A stretch of 64,000 nt of DNA from Macrostomum lignano (Eukaryota). Below, in pieces: positions 23,489 to 37,432 of this stretch. The notes under the pieces were generated by a model that was not told the DNA's origin, did not search any database, and saw only the letters and a program-made list of their open reading frames with translations. The stretch covers positions 62,001 to 126,000 of the forward strand of contig NIVC01000571.1 of the NCBI GenBank assembly GCA_002269645.1, written 5' to 3'. The translations under genes were made by a program, and so were the position numbers. The stretch's first letter is position 1. Every line of letters begins with the position of its first letter.

Positions 23489-26400
23489 CCAGTTTATAGT
23501 AAAAAGCGATAATCCAAAAAGTGAGAAATTTGTCAATAGAAGTACTCAAATAGGTTTCTGTTGCATTTAAAAGCGCATTTTATCACGTTGACGCACTACA
23601 CCCTGTTACTGCCAGCGGTAATTGCGAACACACTTCACACCAGTGTGCAAAGTGCACAGTGTCACAGTACGCAGACCATCAGCAGTGCAGTATTGAAACT
23701 TGCCCTTCATGTAGATGGGAAGCCCCAGCCTGCCATCTGGGAGACAGTTAGCATCAGAGTAGGGAATGGGATTATTATGGTGTAAATGCATGCTTCGGCT
23801 GCTGTCTACAACTGATTCATAACTGAGCGATTGGCTAAGAAGGTAAATATAAAACTGTCAATCTATTATTTTTAAATACTTTAAAAAATGAAGCACAGCA
23901 CACTGCAGTAGATAAACATTGATTAGTGCAGCAAATAGGTTTATATTAGCTATTAAAAAGACTTTACTAATATTAAAAAAACAAAAACTCATTAGAAATA
24001 ATAGGTTATCAAGGCATTTGAATAAGGAGGGCTATACCATGAGCAGCATGCATCTGGTAACTCAATTATTAATTCGTGATAATCAATTTGAAACATTGAG
24101 ATGTGACAAATACCTATGGCTGAAATGTGTGTAGAGCAGTTTTCATGGTCAGTAATTTACATTTCAATTCATAGCAATGAACTTCAATTCAATGCATTTC
24201 ATACATTAGTAAGTCAAATGCAAGGCCAAAAGATCTGACGAAAACCAATCTAAACATGCTTTTAAAGAGCAAAATTTGCAGCAATACAACTTAAAACTGG
24301 CAGAGAAAACACAGGATCAGAATCCCAAGCAATTTCAACACTCTGTCATTACTACTTCAAGTAGTTATATTTTATTTATTTCGATTAGAAGATAATACAA
24401 TATGGCAATGTATACATACAATCAACAAAAAGCAAACTTACACGACTTCCTTGTACTAGCCTGGTATGCCATGGTGCAAGCTGAAACAGTAGGATTATAT
24501 AATTTTGCTGAGACATTGTGTAAAAATATGAAACATTGCAAAAGTTTCTAGACTGCATTTTCCTGAATAACAGTAGATTTAAATGAGTTGAAATTTTAGC
24601 CACAACTCTCTTGCACATCTACTCTATTGAAATGGTAAAACTGCAAAAACAATTTGAAATGCTTAGCTCATTAGCTCATAACTCCTAAGCTTATACTCAT
24701 GAAACTCATACAAGGGCTATTAAAAAAGTTCTGCATATTGGTTAATAACTCCAGAAGTTCATGCGCTAATGTGCTAATTTAGCATGCACAATCTATGATA
24801 TCTGAGCACTTATTCAGTCTCAATTTTCTGCCTTAATATATAATAATAATTATTATTAGGCTGTTTAGTACAAGGGCTAAAGGAGTCCCCACACATACCC
24901 TCAATTATCCCAGCTAATGCTAGTACCCATTTACAGCTAGGTGAACTGAAGCAATGCAGAGTTAAGTGTTGTTCAAGGACATAAATTGTTCCCAATGGGC
25001 TTGGAATCAAATCCTTAACTTTTAGTTGTAAGTCTAATGGCATAGCTGGCATAGCATCATTTCATACCTTTGTTTTGAGTCACTATAGTAAGCCAAGTTC
25101 ACTGTATCTCACTCATATGACTCATATGACTCAACTGTAGGTCATTTGGCTAATACTTTGAATATGTGGACATACCTATCTCTTAAGTGGTTATGTATCA
25201 AATTTTATTTCATTGCTAACTTATTTTACAATGAAGATACACAATGGTATTGACTTTGACAACCTGCTACTTTGGCTTAATAACAATATTAAGGCAGAAA
25301 ATTGAGACCCTAAGTAAGCAATTATCATAGGCCTAGTCTATGTGTCAAATATTAACTCATAAAAAACATATATATGCTTTTAAAGTTATTAAACAAACTA
25401 GAAATTTTCTAACAGCCTTTATAAACTATTTTTTTAAGTTAAAAACAGGCAATTTTTTAATACTTAAAATATAACTCCAATCTGTTCTACAAGTATCAGA
25501 CTTATAAAACTGTATATAAGCATACTGAATACACAAGTTAATTTAGTCTATATATATTATTAGACCCTATAAGTCCTAGGATTTATACTTAAATAGGAAC
25601 TTCAATAAGGGTCCCATGGCTTGCCAATATTCAAAAGGCAAATTTGAATAAAAATATACTTTTTTCAAATGAAAAACTTTGCAGTCTAATGATATGGATT
25701 AGAAAGCAAATATTAATTAGAAATAAAAGAAAAAGTAAAACCTAAAAAACAAAAAACAAAAATAGGACTGGCTTTCAATGCCAATGGGATTATAATAAAC
25801 TATATTATCTTTTTTCGTAGAAAAGAATAAGGCCCTTGGCCTTATTAAATACAAAAAATGTTTTAGACACTAGTATAAAAGTTTATTATAAAATACAAAG
25901 CCTTTATGTTAAAATTTTCAAACTATTTTTTTCTATTCTTAACTAATCTGTTTATTTAATATACTTAAAATTTTAATAAACTTCTTACTATTTTGAATTT
26001 TTCAGCATTGTTGGTAATGGTGTTTGTTAGCATTGTTGTCCTAATTAGGAAACAACATTTGTATGCTTAAATGTTTATTATAAGAAGACAAAAATTATAG
26101 ACAAATGGCAATAGCAAAAAATAATTAAATTATTTTTGATATTTTCTTCTTATTATGCATTTAAGTTTAAGGCTAATTTCTATAAGCATTGTTACAAAGC
26201 TTTTGGGTTTTATAGTTGTATTGGATTCATTTTTAATAATAGTTAAAAAATAGGATTAAAAAAGTTTTAAAAATATAATTAGTTTAAGTTAATTTTTACA
26301 ATTATCTTTTACAATATCTAAGACTAAGTCAAGATGTTAATTGTAAGATAGGCCTAATATATTATCTAAATAAGCTAAGAATAAGACTAGGATTAGGTAG

Positions 26401-27713
26401 GATTATAGGCCTATATAGACATATTGCAGGCATAAACTTATTAATATTAGGTAAGCTTATAGAAGTTTAAGGCAGCCTAGATATTTAAATCAAGACATCT
26501 TATTTTATTTGTACAAATACCTATCCTCCTGACCTCCTATTAGTATGATAAACAAACTAGGCCTAGATAGTTATAGTTATAGTTATGTCAAGTTCTATAT
26601 ATTACATACTATATTTTGCTTATTTGACAAAGCTATTTGAATAATGAATAGGCTAACTTAAAGGAGCTTGCTGCAACCAAATGCAATTGTCAACAAACAT
26701 GTCTGCATAGCCATGCCAATAGGACATAGGTATGTCGTTTTGACTTCGTTTTAGGAAATTGTGTCTGTGTAGTTATTTAGTTTTGTGTGTGACATGAAAT
26801 ATTACATAGACCTACATAATTTGTCATTTGGTTTTCATCAGCTTACTAATTTACACTCGATAAGAAAAATGATAAATAGCTAAATAGCCTAATAGTAGTA
26901 AATTGGCTCAGGCAAACAGCCTGTTTGGCCAGTAAGAATAAGAACTACTTTTCGTCCTAAGATTTATTGTGAACAGGCTGTTTATCGTAATAAGAATGTA
27001 TACTAAAATTATTATTGTAATTGTAAAGATTTATTGTAAGAAATACTAAAATGCAATTTTTCAAATTTTCAATAATGCAGTTTTCAAAACGTTATAAAAC
27101 TCCGTATACTCCTAGTTTTCTTATGCAGAGCGCCGAGAAAAAAATATTATCTCTTTCTTTATTAACTGAGGTCATTTGCCTGCCTAAACTTGAGGTTGCT
27201 TTTTAGTTTGTTATTTGAAGACAAAAATTCACAGCTGATTATTCAATGATTTCAAATTTTGCTCGGAAGTGTTTTTAATGAATTGTTCAAATTGAACTGA
27301 CTTGATCAGTTTGTGCTTTATTATTTCTCCTGCAAGTTGAGTTGACATTGTTATCATTAACTCAAATAAAAATAAAAGCATTATTTTATTTAACGTTTTA
27401 GTTTTTAGCTTTTCTCACCTCAAACCTAATTTCTAATTTCTAAAGTTGTGCTATTTTATTTAGATATGTCAAACTTTAGAATTGAACATTGAAGGCCTTT
27501 AAATATTATTCCGTCCTTTATTTAATGCTAGCTAAATTAAATAACGCAACGCCAACTGGTCACTGAATAAACAATTTGAGTTTTTGAAGCTGAGAAAAGA
27601 ATTTAATTTTATCGTAAAAGAAGCTAAGGTTTTTTTTAGTAAGTAAAAACCAAAAATATGACTAAGCCTAGACCTATTTGAATTGAATTCAATTCAATTC
27701 AATTCATTTATGA

Positions 27714-27961
27714 AAAAGGTCCTAAGCCTATACTCAACTTTTGTAGCTGTTGATTTTGCTAGGTTTTCCGGAAAATGATGCCCATATATCGATATCAATA
27801 TATAACAAAGTTGTATATGCCCATATATTGTATCTATACCTACAATATAGGATATCTCATATCCTATATCGATATATTGATATCAATATATGGGCGTCGT
27901 TTTCTGGAAAACCTAGCAAAATCAACAGCTACAAAAGTTGAGTATAGGCTTAGGACCTTTT
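27714..27961. mobile_element. MITE/fold-back element with 90-bp inverted arms
   Basis: 27714-27803 is the reverse complement of 27872-27961 with four mismatches. The core contains a small hairpin, ataggatat-ctc-atatcctat. No TSD recognised. Confidence 0.7.
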
Positions 27962-30224
27962 CCCAGACATAAAGTACAATTTAGGATATGATTTTGCATC
28001 TTAGTGCCAAGGAAAAAACCTAGACTAGGGGCCTAGGCCTATGTACTTAGGATGCTATATAGTATCTTGACTTTCCAAATTGTATTCTGAAATTAGACCT
28101 TAGCTGTGATTTCATAAATATAATTGCAATTCAGCTCTAAGAGTCCAAGTTTTCTTATAGTTTCACTACATATTGTCTTATCTATATGGCATACTAACAT
28201 TCAATTCAAAATAGCTGGCCTATATTTAATAGGTGCAGCCCATTTTGGCAAAGGAATTTTTGGCAAAAGATGCTTCAGCAAAAGTGATTTTTTAGTTTAA
28301 ATCAATATATATTATGGTGAAAGAAAGTGACAGTTTGGTGAAAAGATTGCTATATAATACATATATAATTGAAAATATAGGCCCCCCCTATATTTGGTGA
28401 TTGAAGCCTTTAATAAATTATTCATTGCTGCAAATTATTTGCAGTTAGAAAATTAAAAAACTCATGCTATAATAGTTATGGTATTTACATGCAATCTATT
28501 GATATGCAATCAATTGATTAGGGATAATAATGGTGTATAAATTTGGTTTTTAAGTTGTTCCACTGGTTCTAGTTCCTAAAATCGTACTTTGAAATCCTGT
28601 CGTAATGGAAGAGCATCCAATAAAACAACTAATTTATTGGCCATTATGTTAAGTATTTTTTGTCATTATTGACTTTCGTAAAAAATTCTTTTACCAAAAT
28701 GGGTTGAAACCTATTTAGTAAGTTTAACAATTAGAAAGTAAATAACTTATTAAATTTGCTATCTTATTATTACGCAAGTAGGTATTCATGTTATTTTTAT
28801 TAATATAAAATTGTTAAAAATATTTCTAATTTCTTTTATTCTTAGTTTTTAAATATAATTTTTAATGAATTTAAACTAGGTCTAAGTAAGCCTATTTAAA
28901 AATAATACAAAAATAGCCTACTTCATTAGTTAGGTCCACTATAGCATAGTTTAAATAAATTAGCCATAAGATAAGATAGCAGTCTAAAGGTATAGCAAGG
29001 AAGCAAATACTCTTAAGTAACAAGAGTTAATATAATGTGCATCATTGCCTCCTACTATTTTTGGATATTTAGAGCCAAAGTCAAAGTAATTTGAAGTATT
29101 AATATGAGTTTATATATGCACAACTGGCAACCCCCATTTATATTGGCCATGTGCTATGTGACTTACTTTTTGACCAAAAATGTGAATAACCTATAAAAAA
29201 ACACTAAAGCAAAGTTAATATAATTTTGGGTAAATGGCACAATTAACTTGACTATTTTATAAAGGCTAAATGCCTCATCAGCTTATTAGTAATATGTCTA
29301 TATACCAACAGTTATGCATGTATGTGTGGGCTATTTTTAGCTATTCCTACTATTAATGATATATTATATATTTATATTGATTTTTTATTTTACTTTTTAA
29401 TAATATATGCTAATATGCATTGGCAAACTGTACTATAAATAATTTTTTCTAGTCAAGAAGCCTAAACCTACTATTTTATCTAGAAAGTATTTGGCAATTG
29501 GATTGAAAAAGTATATTAATACAAAAAGAATTTTTTTAGTTACAATGTATAATTGAATAGTACTAGCATAATTTTCTTAATAAATAAATATGAGTTAATC
29601 ATTTTTTGTTTAAAGTTATTTTTTAAATTGAAACAATTTAAAGCTTATGCAAATAATTTATAAAAATCAATTAAGCTTACATATAAATTTGGATACATTG
29701 TGGTTTCCTGATCATTAGCCAGTTGATGGGATAGCTACTGCCAAGTATTCAGAACTACTAGTTGCAACTGTTCATTCTATGGGACACCCTACTGAACTCT
29801 GCTTTATAAATTCCTAGGCATGCTCAATGGGATTCTAGAGACTAATAGCCAAGTGCTATTAGGTTTCATTGTACTATACCTGCCCCCCTCCCTCCCAATT
29901 CCCCCATGTTGCACTTAGTGCTGGCAATGGCAATGGCAGCCTTTATACACTTGAATTACCAATGGCATGCAAAACACTTGGCCCATGTTATTGAGTATAT
30001 ATTGCCTTATATACCTGAATATGTGTCTCATAAAAGTTAGTAAATTAAATAAAATCATAGTATGGTAAATTGTATTGAATCAAAATTCATTGTATGGCAT
30101 TTGTCTTATAATATAAATCTTATCATAATTACTTATCCCACTGTTGCTGTTGTGATCCCCAGGCCCCTCCCCGCCCAGCTGCTAGGAGACCCCTGAGAAC
30201 AGCTCGAAACTGGCCAATCCGCAG

Positions 30225-33200
30225 ATGGACCCGCAGGTGGTTAGGAAGACGGATTTCGTTGTCGGGGGCAAGTACAAGCTGACCCGCAAGATTGGCAGCG
30301 GCTCCTTTGGCGAAATCTACCTTGGCGTGAGCATCATCAATGGCGAGGAGGTGGCCGTGAAGCTGGAACCTGTCACTGCGCGTCATCCCCAGCTGCTGTA
30401 TGAGAGCAAGGTGTACAAAATTCTGCAGGACGGCATTGGCATTCCCAGCGTCAGGTGCGGGCTGCTTCTGTCTGCATTCGCTGTGTCCTCTGTCTGCATT
30501 CTGTGTGTCCTGTCTGCATTCTGTATCCTGTCTGCATTCTGTGTTCTCTGCCTGCGTTCTCTGTGTTCTCTGCCTGCATTCTCTGTGTCCTCTGTCTGCA
30601 TTCTCTGTGTCCTCTGTCTGCATTCTCTGTGTTCTCTGTCTGCATTCTCTGTGTTCTCTGCCTGCATTCTCTGTGTCCTCTGTCTGCATTCTGTGTTCTC
30701 TGCCTGCATTCTCTGTGTCCTCTGTCTGCATTCTCTGTGTCCTCTGTCTGCATTCTGTGTCCTCTGTCTGCATTCTCTGTGTCCTCTGTCTGTATTCTCT
30801 GTGTCCTCTGTCTGCATTCTGTGTCCTCTGTCTGCATTCTCTGTGTCCTCTGTCTGCATTCTCTGTGTCCTCTGTCTGCATTCTCTGTGTCCTCTGTCTG
30901 CATTCTCTGTGTCCTCTGTCTGCATTCTGTGTCCTCTGCCTGCATTCGCTGTGTCCTCTGCCTGCATTCGCTGTGTCCTCTGCCTGCATTCGCTGTGTCC
31001 TCTGCCTGCATTCGCTGTGTCCTCTGCATTCTCTGTGTCCTCTGTCTGCATTCTCTGTGTCCTCTGTCTGCATTCTCTGTGTCCTCTGTCTGCATTCTGT
31101 GTTCTCTGCCTGCATTCTCTGTGTCCTCTGGCTGCATTCTCTGTGTCCTCTGGCTGCATTCTCTGTGTCCTCTGGCTGCATTCTCTGTGTCCTCTGGCTG
31201 CATTCTCTGTGTCCTCTGGCTGCATTCTCTGTGTCCTCTGGCTGCATTCTCTGTGTCCTCTGCCTGTCATGAACCCATTCGTGCCTGAGCCGTGTCCCAT
31301 CAGTGCCTCACACAGCGCTGCCCCTGACCCGCAGGTGGTACGGCCAGGACGGCGTGAAGAACCAGTACAACTGCCTGGTGATGGACCTGCTGGGCCCCAG
31401 CCTGGAGGACCTGTTCACCTTCTGCTCCCGCCGCTTCACTATGAAGACCGTGCTGATGCTGGCCGACCAGATGCTGTGCCGCACCGAGTTCGTGCACAAC
31501 AAGAACTTCATTCACAGGTGAGGCGCATCGGTCTCTGCGCATTAGGGTCAATTTGCTGAGCGCCTATTTTTATCTTCCGCTGCATTTCCTGACAGACAGC
31601 TCGGCAATCGGGCTGGGCTTTCCTGCCTGTTATCTGCGCCTTCCGCCCCGCACAATATGCGCTGCGAACTCCAGGCCTTCTAATTGAGTCCCCCTGCTCT
31701 GCCTCTCAGCTCTGCCCCCTGCATGCCTGCCTGCGTCCAAGTAATTTTTAATTACCGATTTGGGACGCCGGTCCCAGCTGACCCCCCCCCCCATCTGCCC
31801 TGGAATGACGCGCCGAACCTTATTCGCATCTGTTGCGCAAGCTGTCTGTGATTGCGCAGTGATGGGCTGTTGCGCCGTCTGCTCTCAGTTGTACTTTTAT
31901 AGTTTGCTATGGTGAAAGCTCACCTGTGACTGGCACTGCCCCATTATAACCTTCCTCATAACCCATTATGACCCATCGCCACCCCCCATGACCCATTTCC
32001 ATCCAATTATGACCCATCACCATCCCTCATGAACCATCGCCATCCCATTATGACCCATCGCCACCCCTCATGACCATCGCCATCCCTCATGACTCATTGC
32101 CATCCCATTATGACCCATCGCCACCCCTCATGACCCATCGCCATCTCTCATGACTCATCGCCATCCCTCATGACTCATCGCCATCCCTCATGACTCATCG
32201 CCATCCATAATGACTCATCGCCATCCCTCATGACCCATCGCCATCCCTCATGACTCATCGCCATCCATAATGACTCATCGCCATCCCTCATGACTCATCG
32301 CCATCCATAATGACTCATCGCCATCCCTCATGACTCATCGCCATCCATAATGACTCATCGCCATCCATAATGACTCATCGTCATCCTTAATGACTCATCA
32401 CCATCCATAATGACTCATCGCCATCCATAATGACTCATCGCCATCCATAATGACTCATCGTCATCCTTAATGACTCATCACCATCTCGCATGACCCATCG
32501 CCATCCATGACTCATCGCCATCCCTCATGGCCCATCGCCATCCATAATGACCCATCGCCATCCCTCGTGACTCATCGCCATCCCTCATGACCCATCGCCA
32601 TCCCGCATGACCCATCGCCATCCCTCATGACCCATCGTCATCCATGACTCATCGCCATCCCTCATGGCCCATCGCCATCCATAATGACCCATCGCCATCC
32701 CCAGGGACATCAAGCCCGACAACTTCCTGATGGGCATCGGGCGGCACTGCAACAAGCTGTTCCTGGTGGACTTCGGCCTGGCCAAGAAGTACCGGGACTC
32801 GCGCACCAAGACGCACATCCCCTACAGGGACGACAAGAACCTCACCGGCACCGCCCGCTACGCCTCCGTGAACGCCCACGCCGGTATCGAGCAGTCGCGT
32901 CGAGACGATCTCGAGAGTCTGGGTTACGTTTTCATGTACTTCCTCAGGTCTTCTCTGCCCTGGCAGGGGCTGAAGGTAGGTGTGCTCAGGAGCGACCCTC
33001 GCTAACCAGAGGTTGTGCTCATGACCCGCTAAATATTCAAGCTCACCCAGATCCCATTGGGTTTGGCGCTACCCAGACACCCAGATTCCATGGGGTTTGG
33101 CGCCACCCAGACACCTAGATCCCATTGGGTTTGGCGCCACCCACACACCTAGATCCCATTGGGTTTGGCGCCACCCAGACATCTAGATCCCATTGGGTTT

Positions 33201-35046
33201 GGCGCCACCCAGACATCTAGATCCCATTGGGTTTTGCGCCACCCAGACACCTAGATCCCATTGGGTTTGGTGCCACCCAGACACCTAGATCCCATTGGGT
33301 TTGGCGCCACCCACACACCTAGATCCCATTGGGTTTGGCGCCACCCAGACACCCAGATTGAAAGGGGTTTGGCGCCCCCTGATCAGTTCCTGACATCTAT
33401 TGCACTGTCTAGCCAGCATTCGGTGCCGCATCATTCTGCACCCAGCCGCGCCATCGCAGCCAGACTGCAGCTCTATTACTCGCCCTCATTCCTTTGCCAC
33501 CCCCTGCACTCCAAGATGGAAAGCGTGGCGTTGCATGCAGAAAAGTTTTCAGCTGTTCCACTGAGCCCAGGGCCCGGTTACCCCCCCCCCGCCCTCTGCT
33601 CGCCTCTCCGCCATTGTGCCGCCACCCCCTCCCAGATACTTGGCTGCTGCTATCTGTAGCCCAGCTTCTTCCGCCCATCATCCAACTGTTGTATTAGTAC
33701 TCTGGCGGCTGGGTGGGTGCGCTGCGCTCAGGCCATCCAAGCCTGCCCCTGTCTGTCTGTCTGTTTTTCATTCAATTCAGCTCTTCTCTGTCCACTGCTT
33801 CAATTGTGTCTTTCATTGCCCTGCGCGTGTCTGCCGCACAGTCTGACCAGCCGAAACTGCGCTTGATGTGACAATCTGTGACTCACATGTCTGTCTGTGG
33901 ATTTCAGGGGCTTAACGTTCCTGTGAAGATTAAATCCTCTCTTGAGTTCGATGAGTTCGATGTTTAGCTGAAAATCCTATATCCTATATGATATAACCAT
34001 ATCGGCCTCTCCCATCTGTCTCACTGTCATCTGTCTCACCTGTTTATCTCACTCATATCTGTCTAACTCCCACCAGTCTCACTCCCACCAGTCTTACTCC
34101 CACCAGTCTCACTCCCACCAGTCTCACTCCCAACTGTCTCACTCCCACCAGTCTCACTCCCAAGTGTCTCACTCCCAAGTGTCTCACTCCCACCAGTCTT
34201 ACTCCCACCAGTCTCACTCCCAACTGTCTCACTCCCAACTGTCTCACTCCCACCAGTCTCACTCCCACCAGTCTCACTCCCACCAGTCTCACTCCCACCA
34301 TTCTCCCCCCATCTGTCTCACTCCCACCAGTCTCCCCCCCATCTGTCTCACTCCAACCAGTCTCACTCCCACCAGTCTCCCTCCCACCTGTCTCCCTCCC
34401 ACCAGTCTCCCTCCCATCTGTCTCACTCCCACCAGTCTCACTCCCACCAGTCTCCCTCCCACCAGTCTCCCCCCATCTGTCTCACTCCCACCAGTCTCAC
34501 TCCCATCTGTCTCCCTCCCACCAGTCTCCCTCCCATCTGTCTCACTACCACCAGTCTCACTCCCACCAGTCTCCCTCCCACCAGTCTCCCCCCATCTGTC
34601 TCACTCCCACCAGTCTCACTCCCATCTGTCTCACTCCCATCTGTCTCACTCCCACCAGTCTCCCTCCCACCTGTCTCACTCCCACCTGTCTCACTCCCAC
34701 CTGTCTGACCCCACCAGCCTCACTCTCACCCAGCGCCACCCCCGCCACCCAGGCGAACAACAAGAAGCAGAAATACGAGCGCATCTACGAGAAGAAGGTG
34801 TCCACGCCCATCGAGAGCCTGACCAAGGGCTACCCGCCCGAGTTCAGCCGCTACCTCAGCTACTGCCGCAACCTGAAGTTCGAAGAGGCCCCGGATTACC
34901 GCTGGCTGCGCGAGAACTTCCGCATCCTGTTCCGCACGCTCAACTTCGTGTTCGACTACGTGTTCGACTGGACCCTGCTGAAGCAGCGGGCCACCACGGC
35001 CGCCAGCAGCGCCGGCCTGGTCGCCAACCAGCCCGCGCACAGGTGA
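30225..35046 (+). CDS. CSNK1A1: Casein kinase I alpha
   Basis: Exons 30225-30454, 31335-31517, 32705-32975 and 34753-35042, all GT-AG and phase-consistent. The last exon either reads through to TGA at 35046 or splices to a mini-exon at 35387-35405. Motifs [49 protein letters not shown] and [17 protein letters not shown] and [14 protein letters not shown] are alpha-subfamily features. Confidence 0.95.
30468..31265. repeat. 20-22-bp minisatellite in CK1 intron 1
   Basis: Unit ctctgtgtcctctgtctgcatt. Confidence 0.95.
31960..32700. repeat. 20-bp minisatellite in CK1 intron 2, abutting the acceptor
   Basis: Unit atgactcatcgccatccctc; the last unit runs into catccccag|. Confidence 0.92.
33045..33375. 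repeat. 34-bp minisatellite in CK1 intron 3
   Basis: Unit acccagacacctagatcccattgggtttggcgcc. Confidence 0.92.
34010..34730. repeat. 15-bp minisatellite in CK1 intron 3
   Basis: Unit tctcactcccaccag and variants. Confidence 0.92.
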
Positions 35047-35544
35047 ACTGGCCGGGCGGCCGCTGGGGTACTCGGGAGTCGGACAGTAGTTGCTGGCCCA
35101 TGATGGTTTCTTTTTTCTCTCTGCTGGTTGCTTTTATTTTGCCGTCAATTGTTGGCTCTTTTCCTCTGCGAGCTCTCAGTGTCGGGCCTTGCAGCGGCGA
35201 ACGCTTTAATATCCCAGCCTGTTTCTATGGCGGATGGGGACTCGGGCCCGGGTTCGCTGACAAACCAGCGGCTTGATTGTTGTTGTTTTTTATGCGACAA
35301 ACAGTTTCTTCTGCTGCACCGTTTCAAATTCGTGTTCAATTATTGAATTTTAGCCGACAAATTCTCTTAATGTCCGATTTCTGCAGAGCCGCCTGTCTCA
35401 ATTGAACTTTTATGAACCTTTCTGTTTTACTGCGTTATGTACTTTTATGATTGCGCGCTGGGCGGCTCTCTGGGCCCCAGAACTCACCATTATTGATTCT
35501 GAGCTACACCTGTGCACCCGTGCTGCCCAGGCCTTGTGCTGTCT

Positions 35545-35918
35545 GTCTTCATGTCCGTCTCCGCCTGTCCGCCATGCCCCAACCTGTCTGTCTCCGCCTG
35601 TCCGCCATGCCCCAACCTGTCCGTCTCCGCCTGTCCGCCATGCCCCAACCTGTCTGTCTCCGCCTGTCCGCCATGCCCCAACCTGTCCGTCTCCGCCTGT
35701 CCGCCATGCCCCAACCTGTCTGTCTCCGCCTGTCCGCCATGCCCCAACCTGTCCGTCTCCGCCTGTCCGCCATGCCCCAACCTGTCCGTCTCCGCCTGTC
35801 CGCCATGCCCCAACCTGTCTGTCTCTGCCTGTCCGCCATGCCCCAACCTGTCTGTCTCCGCCTGTCCGCCATGCCCCAACCTGTCTGTCTCCGCCTGTCC
35901 GCCATGCCCCAACCTGTC
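35545..35918. repeat. 33-bp minisatellite
   Basis: Unit cctgtccgccatgccccaacctgtctgtctccg. Confidence 0.93.
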
Positions 35919-36384
35919 TATTTGTGCAGCACCAGTTAAATAGGCTGATTCGCGCTACCTTTATTTGCTTATTACAATATATCTATTTACCTGTGTATTT
36001 ATCCGTGTTGCTGCCTGTTGGATGTTTGCTAATTTAATTACAATTTTAATAGTAAAATTAGAAATGCAAAATAAGTGGCGCTATCGCAGCATGCTACTGG
36101 CCAGTAGGCGGCAGCGAGTTCTGCTACAATTTAATTATTATGAAGCCTCCCAGATGTAAATTGAATTCCCTGTGCCGGGCCGTCTGAATTCGATGTTGGC
36201 CGCCGTTTAGCTTGGGTTTGGCAGGCCCCAGCGCAGCCTGAATTGCATAAACAGTAGCTGTAATCACAATTATAATAATATCCATCGCTTTGCGATTGTG
36301 CGGCGGTAATTATCACCTGCTCAACTGGCCGATGGGCTGCTCTGGCTTGTCCAATTTCGCTTATTTATTTCCAAAACTGGACTG

Positions 36385-37432
36385 CAGCCTATTGCAGTGG
36401 CAACTGCTATTGTTTCTCACACTAGCAGTCTATTGCAGTGGCAATTGTGATTGGTTCTGACACTAGCAGCCTATTGCAGTGGCAATTGTGATTGGTTCTG
36501 ACACTAGCAGTCTATTGCAGTGGCAATTGTGATTGGTTCTGACACTAGCAGCCTATTGCAGTGGCAATTGTGATTGGTTCTGACACTAGCAGCCTATTGC
36601 AGTGGCAATTGTGATTGGTTCTGACACTAGCAGTCTATTGCAGTGGCAATTGTGATTGGTTGTGACACTAGCAGCCTATTGCAGTGGCAATTGTGATTGG
36701 TTCTGACACTAGCAGTCTATTGCAGTGGCAATTGTGATTGGTTGTGACACTAGCAGTCTATTGCAGTGGCAATTGTGATTGGTTCTGACACTAGCAGCCT
36801 ATTGCAGTGGCAATTGTGATTGGTTGTGACACTAGCAGCCTATTGCAGTGGCAATTGTGATTAGTTCTGACACTAGCAGCCTATTGCAGTGGCAATTGTG
36901 ATTGGTTCTGACACTAGCAGTCTATTGCAGTGGCAATTGTGATTGGTTCTGACACTAGCAGCCTATTGCAGTGGCAATTGTGATTGGTTGTGACACTAGC
37001 AGCCTATTGCAGTGGCAATTGTGATTGGTTGTGACACTAGCAGCCTATTGCAGTGGCAATTGTGATTGGTTCTGACACTAGCAGCCTATTGCAGTGGCAA
37101 TTGTGATTGGTTGTGACACTAGCAGCCTATTGCAGTGGCAATTGTGATTAGTTCTGACACTAGCAGCCTATTGCAGTGGCAATTGTGATTGGTTCTGACA
37201 CTAGCAGCCTATTGCAGTGGCAATTGTGATTGGTTCTGACACTAGCAGCCTATTGCAGTGGCAATTGTGATTGGTTCTGACACTAGCAGCCTATTGCAGT
37301 GGCAATTGTGATTGGTTCTGACACTAGCAGTCTATTGCAGTGGCAATGGAGGTGGTTGGTTCTGACACTAGCAGCCTATTGCAGTGGCAATTGTGATTTG
37401 TTCTGACACTAGCAGCCTATTGCAGTGGCAAT
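36385..37432. repeat. 41-bp minisatellite, about 25 copies
   Basis: Unit ctagcagcctattgcagtggcaattgtgattggttctgaca. Confidence 0.95.

Noticed and set aside
30129-31559. Single 444-aa kinase-Cys-rich fusion ORF and antisense ORFs
   Set aside because: The Cys-rich part is read-through of CK1 intron 1. The GT-AG junctions restore the canonical kinase.
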